Origin: Pseudomonadota bacterium
GTDB lineage: Bacteria; Pseudomonadota; Gammaproteobacteria; UBA12402
Direction of reading: 5' to 3'
DNA length: 64,000 nt
Assembly (NCBI GenBank): GCA_038043025.1
Contig: JBBTCW010000006.1
Span: forward strand, 26,710-90,709
The notes under the pieces are model-generated. The model worked only from the letters and a program-made list of their open reading frames with translations, was not told where the DNA came from and made no database searches. Positions 58,010-64,000 of this stretch are shown piece by piece (position 1 is the stretch's first letter; every line of letters begins with the position of its first letter). Both the position numbers and the translations under genes were made by a program.

Positions 58010-59811
58010 TGGATTAATTTTATCAGATAAAATGTTTGTTGTTGAACCGTATTTCGTATTCGCGAAAAAGATAAGTTTTCAGTATGCGCAAAAATATGTT
58101 TCGCATAATGTTCTTTGATTAAATTATCCAATAGCTTGTCCATGTTTGCACCGCCTGGAATATTGCTCCAATGTTTTTCATAAAAGATATAGTTAATGTT
58201 GAAATTTTTTAAAATTTTAACGAGCTGTTTTGTGTTCGTTATATCTTGCCAATCAATTAATCCCGAGAGATTGGGTTCTGCACTTAAATAAGGACGATCA
58301 AGATAATAAGTTTGACCGGCGCGTAAGATGCATAAAATTTTGGCGTTTTTCGCCGTATGTTGTTTGATCCATTGATAATCACCATAATTCCACGTGTATT
58401 GATGGTATTGATCGAGATTGGGATGGAAATAATATTTGATATAAAAAATAGAATAATAAGGCGCTAAGACTATAAAATAGCTCAGTGTGATGACTAAAAT
58501 TACATTACAGACTAATTTTTCTGATTTGTTTTGCAAGTTATCATAATATTTAATGGCAATCAATAATCCAATGGGTAGCGCGTAGAAAGCAAAACGGATA
58601 TAAAAAGTCGGTTCGACGATCCACCAAAGCATAAAGTAAGTAATTAACCCTAATCGTATTTGTAGTTTTTTGATCCGTGTAAATATTGCGCCAGCGATAA
58701 TTAAGATCCATAATGTGACCGGAATTAAGGGGTCGAGCAGAAATGCTTTAATATCAACAATAATGCTATTTATATTGTGATGACCGCTCACATCACTTGT
58801 GAATTTTTGGGCCATAATTTGTATGCTGTGAGAAGATGATCCAAAAATATTTTGCGCGAGCGGCCAAACAGGATTGCCCAAATTAATATAGTTTCTGATA
58901 TAGCAAGGCGATGCGATAAGCGTCATCAGTATCAGCGCATTGATGAGGGGTGTCTTTTTTTCTTTTTCTAATTGTGTATAAGCCAGTATGATATACCAAG
59001 GGATAAACAAGATGCTTTGGTATTTTACGCCTAGAGCAAAGCCAAGCGCAGCAAATGCGATATAGATACTGCTTTTTTTATGCGAGTCGGTTGTTAAAAA
59101 CAGAAAACCGATCAAACTATAAAATATAACTATCCAGTCATTGGTGACAATATGTGCTTCGTGATAAGCGAGCGGCGTTAGAAATAGGATAATAAAAAAT
59201 AATCGCGTATGCTTTAGGTTAACTCGAGCTGCTAAGTATTGTAGAATGAGCAGTGAAAATAAAAAATATAAACAAACGGCCAATTCCACACCTACTCCGC
59301 CAAATAAAATAAAGGAAGGCAAAAACATCAGATGAAAAAAAATCGGGAAGTTATAATGTATATAGGGTCTGAAGACAAAGCCGTGATTTAATACGATATC
59401 TTTCATTTGAGCTAAATGGTAACGCATGGCATCAGCGGATCGCTCTGGCGTGTATGCCAATAAAATAATCCATACAATTAAAAAAATGAGTGTGCCTATA
59501 AAATATACGCTCCACCGATCCTGTTTGATTAAATGTTCTCTTAAAAAGCAGCCAATGGATTTTAGTGTCGTCCATAATGTTTTTATATAAAATGATGCGA
59601 TAATCAGCGAGAGCAGGGTGAAACCTAAAATATATCCGGGGGTTGCGAGCATCCATTCTGTCACGAAGAACAGATAAAATGCGGTGATGATAGAGCCAAA
59701 CAGAAAGCCGGCAATGAGCTTTTGAAAGGGATCGCATTTTAATCGTGCCGCGAGCGGCATTCCCAACCCACAGATGGTTAAAAAATATACTAAATTAAAA
59801 ATGAGTGCCAT
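58006..59811 (-). CDS. GT-C-fold membrane glycosyltransferase (ArnT/PMT-like, GT39/GT83-type)
   Basis: 601 aa, more than 10 TM helices, convergent with and adjacent to the polyprenyl-P GT2 gene. ArnT/PMT-like topology with a periplasmic C-terminal domain. Confidence 0.5.
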   Translation of the reverse strand: MALIFNLVYFLTICGLGMPLAARLKCDPFQKLIAGFLFGSIITAFYLFFVTEWMLATPGYILGFTLLSLIIASFYIKTLWTTLKSIGCFLREHLIKQDRWSVYFIGTLIFLIVWIILLAYTPERSADAMRYHLAQMKDIVLNHGFVFRPYIHYNFPIFFHLMFLPSFILFGGVGVELAVCLYFLFSLLILQYLAARVNLKHTRLFFIILFLTPLAYHEAHIVTNDWIVIFYSLIGFLFLTTDSHKKSSIYIAFAALGFALGVKYQSILFIPWYIILAYTQLEKEKKTPLINALILMTLIASPCYIRNYINLGNPVWPLAQNIFGSSSHSIQIMAQKFTSDVSGHHNINSIIVDIKAFLLDPLIPVTLWILIIAGAIFTRIKKLQIRLGLITYFMLWWIVEPTFYIRFAFYALPIGLLIAIKYYDNLQNKSEKLVCNVILVITLSYFIVLAPYYSIFYIKYYFHPNLDQYHQYTWNYGDYQWIKQHTAKNAKILCILRAGQTYYLDRPYLSAEPNLSGLIDWQDITNTKQLVKILKNFNINYIFYEKHWSNIPGGANMDKLLDNLIKEHYAKHIFAHTENLSFSRIRNTVQQQTFYLIKLIH

Positions 59812-59871
59812 AGATCTGCTCTTTTTTGAGAGAGGTTAGAATAGCGTAAATGAGGTTGATTTTCTATATAT

Positions 59872-59883
59872 CTTGATATCAAG
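59872..59883. promoter_or_regulatory. Perfect 12-bp palindrome CTTGATATCAAG in divergent promoter region
   Basis: Seen directly. Lies between the divergently transcribed genes ending at 59811 (-) and starting at 60005 (+). Confidence 0.3.
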
Positions 59884-60004
59884 TAGGAGGTGGATCACAT
59901 AGAACTGGTTCTGTAAAAAGCAAAAAGAATGTTTACTTCTCCAAAACAGCGGGCTATACTGGTTCAGTGGAATCGTTTTTTGTAATTGACAGAACAGAGA
60001 CGTT

Positions 60005-61432
60005 ATGACGAAATTCATTGGGCGCGAGAAAGAATTGAGCCTTTTAAACCGATTTTCTAAAAAGCGATCAGCGTCTTTTCTGATTGTGCGAGGTCGTCGC
60101 AGAATCGGAAAAAGTCGTCTAATTGAGGAATTTGCAAAACCATATAAGTTTTATACCTTTTCAGGTATTGTTCCGACAGAAAAAACCACAGCACAATCAC
60201 AGCGAGACGAATTCGCAAGTCAACTCAGTCAGCAAGACTTTCCAAAAGTGAAAGCGCAGGACTGGAATGATTTGTTTTGGCTTTTGGCGGATAAGGTGAA
60301 AAAGGGTAAGGTCGTTATTTTGTTGGATGAAATATCTTGGATGGGCGACAAAGATCCTGATTTTTTGGGCAAACTCAAAAATGTTTGGGAGCAGCATTTT
60401 AAAAAAAACAACCAGCTCATTCTCATTGTCTGTGGATCGGCATCATCCTGGATAGAAAAAAATGTTTTAAGTAGCACAGGGTTTGTGGGTCGCATTTCGT
60501 TTGTATTAACCTTAGAGGAGTTGCCGTTAAAGGATTGTCAAGATTTTTGGCGTCAAGCAGCTGCACATATTTCTGCAATGGAAAAATTAAAGATGTTATC
60601 GGTGACCGGTGGAGTACCACGGTATTTAGAGGAAATTGACCCGGCATTAAGCGCAGAAGCCAATATTAAAAATATGTGTTTTACCAAGGGTGCTTTTTTA
60701 GTTGACGAATTTGAGAGAATTTTTTCAAATCTTTTTTTAAGAGACAGCGAGGCCTATAAAAAAATAATAGAGGTGTTGGCGACGGGGAGTAAAGAATTCA
60801 AGGAAGTGAGCCAATTGCTGGGTACTGATATGTCGGGTAGAACATCAGATTATCTGGACGAGCTAATATTGGCAGGATTTGTCAACCGAGATTATACGTG
60901 GCATTTAAAAGATGGCAAAGATGCCAAGCTGAGCAAATTCAGGCTGAGGGATAACTATTTGCGTTTCTATTTAAAATATATCCAAAAATATAAAACAAAA
61001 ATAGAACGAAATGCATTTGATTTTAAGTCTCTTTACGCTTTGCCCGGCTGGGATGCAATCATTGCGTTACAGTTTGAGAATTTAGTTTTAAACAATCGGC
61101 ATTTTTTATGGGAAAAACTTTCAATCAGATCCGAAGATATTTTGTCAGAAAATCCATTTTTTCAACATAAAACAGCCACACAATTGGGTTGCCAAATAGA
61201 TTATTTAATTCAAACACGTTTTGGCACGGCGTATATTTGTGAAATCAAATTTTCTAAAAACAAAATCACTGAACGCGTCATAGAGGAAGTGCAAGAAAAG
61301 ATCTTAAGGTTAAAACGCCCTAAAGGCATGTCGTGTCGATCGGTGTTGATTCACGTGAATGGTGTTGAAAATAATTTAATTGAACAGGAATATTTTTCAG
61401 ATATCATTGATTTTAGCGAAATCCTGAAATAA
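60005..61432 (+). CDS. AAA+ ATPase (Arch_ATPase-type) with DUF234-like C-terminal domain
   Basis: MTKFIGREKELSLLNRF...LIVRGRRRIGKSRLIEEF is typical of the archaeal-type ATPase/DUF234 family. Confidence 0.55.
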   Translation: MTKFIGREKELSLLNRFSKKRSASFLIVRGRRRIGKSRLIEEFAKPYKFYTFSGIVPTEKTTAQSQRDEFASQLSQQDFPKVKAQDWNDLFWLLADKVKKGKVVILLDEISWMGDKDPDFLGKLKNVWEQHFKKNNQLILIVCGSASSWIEKNVLSSTGFVGRISFVLTLEELPLKDCQDFWRQAAAHISAMEKLKMLSVTGGVPRYLEEIDPALSAEANIKNMCFTKGAFLVDEFERIFSNLFLRDSEAYKKIIEVLATGSKEFKEVSQLLGTDMSGRTSDYLDELILAGFVNRDYTWHLKDGKDAKLSKFRLRDNYLRFYLKYIQKYKTKIERNAFDFKSLYALPGWDAIIALQFENLVLNNRHFLWEKLSIRSEDILSENPFFQHKTATQLGCQIDYLIQTRFGTAYICEIKFSKNKITERVIEEVQEKILRLKRPKGMSCRSVLIHVNGVENNLIEQEYFSDIIDFSEILK

Positions 61433-61446
61433 AAATTCACTTATTC

Positions 61447-61461
61447 TGTGACAGACCCTTA
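61447..61461. repeat. Left arm of a 15-bp inverted repeat (TGTGACAGACCCTTA) flanking the 61600-62541 gene
   Basis: Exact reverse complement (TAAGGGTCTGTCACA) occurs at 62545-62559. Confidence 0.6.
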
Positions 61462-61599
61462 GCAAGCTGCAGGGCATTATCCGATTCTGTTCAAAACTTA
61501 AGCAATTAAAAATTTTAGTCTTAGCTTGTTCGGAGCTCGCGTTTTAAGAATAGATTCTGATAATATGTCCCATTGTTTTTGACCAAAGGTTGTTTATTT

Positions 61600-62541
61600 A
61601 TGAGGCGAATTTTAGTAACAGGTGGCGCAGGTTTTTTAGGTTCTCATTTATGTCGGCGTCTGTTGACGGAAGGTCATGATGTGTTATGTGTCGATAATTT
61701 TTATACCGGCACAAGAAATAATATTTTGCCTTTGCTATCCAATCCACATTTTGAAGTATTGCGACATAATATAACCGAGCCGCTTAAAGTAGAAGTGGAC
61801 GAGATTTATAATTTAGCGTCACCCGCTTCGCCGGTGCATTATCAAAATCGTCCGGTGCAAACAACGATTACGAATGTGCATGGATCGATTAATGTTTTAG
61901 ATTTAGCGGTGCGTTTAGGGAAGGTAAAAGTTTTTCAAGCGTCGACCAGTGAGGTTTATGGTGATCCTGCCATTCACCCGCAAGTCGAAGATTATTGGGG
62001 AAATGTAAACCCGATTGGTCCGCGCGCTTGTTATGACGAAGGCAAGCGGTGCGCTGAAACATTATTTTTTGATTATTGGCGGCAATATGAATTGCCCATC
62101 AAAGTGGCTCGTATTTTTAATACCTACGGCCCCAATATGTGTTTAAATGATGGGCGTGTGGTATCTAATTTTATTGTGCAAGCTTTAAAAGGCGAGCCGA
62201 TTACGATTTACGGTGATGGATCGCAAACGCGCTCTTTTTGTTACGTCGATGATTTGATTGAGGGCTTTATTAGAATGATGGCAACGGATCGCGATGTTAC
62301 CGGTCCGATTAATTTGGGAAATCCGAATGAAATTACGATTAAAGAGCTAGCGCAGAAAATCATAGAAATGACCGGTGCCAAATCGCAATTAATTTGTAAG
62401 TCGTTGCCCGCTGATGATCCAAAACAGCGCAAGCCCGACATTACAAAGGCCAAACATGTTTTAAATTGGGCGCCCAAGGTTTCGATTGAGGATGGACTCA
62501 CAAAAACCATTCATTATTTTGAAAAAATATTGGAGATGTAG
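61600..62541 (+). CDS. UDP-glucuronate decarboxylase-like SDR (UDP-xylose synthase/ArnA C-terminal family)
   Basis: [22 protein letters not shown]...[10 protein letters not shown] (the DNFFTG-type motif of UXS enzymes). YDEGKR YxxxK. Start at the ATG at 61600. Confidence 0.7.
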   Translation: MRRILVTGGAGFLGSHLCRRLLTEGHDVLCVDNFYTGTRNNILPLLSNPHFEVLRHNITEPLKVEVDEIYNLASPASPVHYQNRPVQTTITNVHGSINVLDLAVRLGKVKVFQASTSEVYGDPAIHPQVEDYWGNVNPIGPRACYDEGKRCAETLFFDYWRQYELPIKVARIFNTYGPNMCLNDGRVVSNFIVQALKGEPITIYGDGSQTRSFCYVDDLIEGFIRMMATDRDVTGPINLGNPNEITIKELAQKIIEMTGAKSQLICKSLPADDPKQRKPDITKAKHVLNWAPKVSIEDGLTKTIHYFEKILEM

Positions 62542-62544
62542 ATT

Positions 62545-62559
62545 AAGGGTCTGTCACAT
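62545..62559. repeat. Right arm of the 15-bp inverted repeat
   Basis: Reverse complement of 61447-61461. Confidence 0.6.
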
Positions 62560-62695
62560 GGGATAGATTGTAGTAGCCCAGCCCAACCTACGTGCATTTC
62601 GAATCCCGCCAAAGGCGTGACCGTTCTTTTTTTTCTGATAATCATTTCGAACGCCATCCCTGGGATTGTCCTCTGAGCTGAGGATCATATAAAGT

Positions 62696-62738
62696 ATCCG
62701 TGTGATTTTATCCTTTAATATATAAAATTACACGGATA
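62696..62738. promoter_or_regulatory. Imperfect 16-bp inverted repeat (ATCCGTGTGATTTTAT...ATAAAATTACACGGAT) upstream of the ygiQ-like gene
   Basis: Arms match at 15 of 16 positions with an 11-nt AT-rich spacer. Located 36 nt upstream of the ATG at 62774. Candidate operator or terminator. Confidence 0.35.
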
Positions 62739-62773
62739 ATGACAGTCCACGGTCTTTCCCGTAAACTTCCGGT

Positions 62774-64000
62774 ATGACTAAATTATTTTCCTATCGACCT
62801 TATTGGGCGAAGCGGTTTGGCGTTGCGCCGGAATTGCCGATGTCGCGTGCGGAAATGGAAAGTTTAGGCTGGGACAGTTGCGATATCATTATTGTGACGG
62901 GTGATGCGTATGTGGATCATCCGAGTTTTGGGATGGCGCTTATTGGTCGGCTTCTTGAAGCGCAAGGCTTTCGTGTGGGCATTATTAGCCAGCCGGATTG
63001 GCAAAGCGCTTCGCCGTTTCAAATATTAGGTGAACCGAATTTATTTTTTGGCATTACATCCGGCAATATGGATTCGATGGTGAATCACTATACGGCCGAT
63101 CGCAAAGTGCGTTCGGATGATGCCTATACGCCAAATGCAGAACCGCATAAACGTCCTGATCGTGCTGTATTAGTTTATTCACAACGTTGTCGAGAAGCAT
63201 ACCCAAAAACACCGATTATTATTGGTGGCATGGAAAGCTCATTGCGTCGCGCTGCGCATTATGATTATTGGTCGGACAAAATGCGCCGCTCAATTTTGAT
63301 CGATTCAAAAGCGGATATGTTGATTTATGGAAATGCAGAGCGTGCGATCGTAGCGATTGCGCATCGACTAGGAAAAAAAGAAAACATTGCGGATATCACA
63401 GATTTGCGTGGCACGGTTGTGATTAAAAAAGAGTTGAGCGGTGACGCCGTTTCATTGCCCTCATTTGAAAAAGTAAAAGCATCGCCGTTGTTATATGCGG
63501 AATCAGTGCGTGCACTGCAATTAGAAACTAATCCGGGCAATGCAAAATCTCTCGTGCAGCAGCATGGCGATCGATTTGTTTGGATGAATCCACCGCCATT
63601 GCCGTTAGAGACGCCAGAGCTCGATGCGCTTTATGCGCTGCCTTATACACGTCGACCACATTCTTCGTATGGTGATGCCAATATTCCGGCATATGAAATG
63701 ATTCGGTTTTCGATTAATATTATGCGTGGGTGTTTCGGAGGATGTACGTTCTGCTCGATTGCCGCGCACGAGGGACGTATTATTCAAAGCCGTTCGGAAG
63801 AATCGGTGTTGCATGAAATCGAAGACATTCGCGATAAAACGCCAGGTTTTACCGGTATTATTTCTGATCTGGGCGGTCCCACCGCTAATATGTATCGATT
63901 AAAATGTAAAGATCCTAAAATCGAATCCCTCTGTCGACGACTTTCTTGTATTTATCCGAAGCTGTGTAAAAACATGAATACGGATCATGGTCCGCTGATT
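62774..64000 (+). CDS. ygiQ: YgiQ-family (UPF0313) radical SAM protein, 3' end cut by the window edge
   Basis: Open frame from the ATG at 62774 to the window end. Translation [53 protein letters not shown] and the later [13 protein letters not shown] are typical of YgiQ. Confidence 0.65.
   Translation, partial: MTKLFSYRPYWAKRFGVAPELPMSRAEMESLGWDSCDIIIVTGDAYVDHPSFGMALIGRLLEAQGFRVGIISQPDWQSASPFQILGEPNLFFGITSGNMDSMVNHYTADRKVRSDDAYTPNAEPHKRPDRAVLVYSQRCREAYPKTPIIIGGMESSLRRAAHYDYWSDKMRRSILIDSKADMLIYGNAERAIVAIAHRLGKKENIADITDLRGTVVIKKELSGDAVSLPSFEKVKASPLLYAESVRALQLETNPGNAKSLVQQHGDRFVWMNPPPLPLETPELDALYALPYTRRPHSSYGDANIPAYEMIRFSINIMRGCFGGCTFCSIAAHEGRIIQSRSEESVLHEIEDIRDKTPGFTGIISDLGGPTANMYRLKCKDPKIESLCRRLSCIYPKLCKNMNTDHGPLI

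Noticed and set aside
62598-62606. TTCGAATCC (tRNA T-loop-like motif) in the intergenic region after the UXS-like gene. Considered as a tRNA or tRNA-fragment attachment site.
   Set aside because: No complementary 5-bp T-stem, acceptor stem or CCA end could be built around it on either strand. TTCGAA is self-complementary and likely coincidental.
1-64000. CRISPR arrays, IS elements, transposases or integrases.
   Set aside because: No regularly spaced direct repeats of CRISPR type were found. No ORF has a DDE transposase, tyrosine recombinase or serine recombinase signature. The only repeats are the short hairpin elements described above.

Overview
The window is AT-rich (roughly 38-40% GC by eye), densely coding and almost entirely glycan-related. 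It looks like a bacterial LPS/O-antigen or capsule-type nucleotide-sugar and glycosyltransferase mega-locus with about 55 genes, most on the + strand. The gene content and composition loosely resemble Legionellales-type LPS loci, but organism identity cannot be verified here.

Modules I recognise:
- **1-4424.** Split transketolase, a radical SAM enzyme, a bifunctional cytidylyltransferase/sugar kinase with HldE-like domains in reversed order, and an NDP-sugar pyrophosphorylase.
- **5703-14689.** A legionaminic/sialic-acid-like nonulosonic acid pathway: 4,6-dehydratase, DegT aminotransferase, NeuC-like hydrolysing 2-epimerase, NeuB-like synthase, CBS-domain nucleotidyltransferase, Gfo/Idh/MocA oxidoreductase, CMP-NulO synthetase and an SDR.
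- **18504-23238 and 42719-43504.** CDP-3,6-dideoxyhexose-type genes: rfbF, rfbG, an RmlC-like cupin and the rfbH/ddhC E1 Fe-S dehydrase.
- **24911-39878.** An unusual sugar-tailoring block: TylC3-like C-methyltransferase, two SPASM-type and two cobalamin-type radical SAM enzymes, a YerE-like ThDP enzyme, an SDR, a Nudix-like protein and two DegT proteins.
- **51069-55348.** WecB/WecC/AsnB-like UDP-ManNAcA-amide genes.
- **Throughout.** Several GT2/GT4 glycosyltransferases, two polyprenyl-P-sugar GT2 proteins with GtrA and GT-C partners, and seven radical SAM proteins in total.

Non-genic signals:
- A 38-codon remnant of a second rfbG copy.
- A 34-bp dispersed hairpin repeat present twice.
- A GC-rich stack of hairpins in a divergent promoter gap.
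- A 15-bp inverted repeat flanking a UDP-glucuronate decarboxylase-like gene.
- Two ATPase/regulator-like genes (AlbA_2-HATPase_c_4, AAA-DUF234) embedded in the glycan cluster.

No rRNA, tRNA, CRISPR array, IS element or transposase was recognised.
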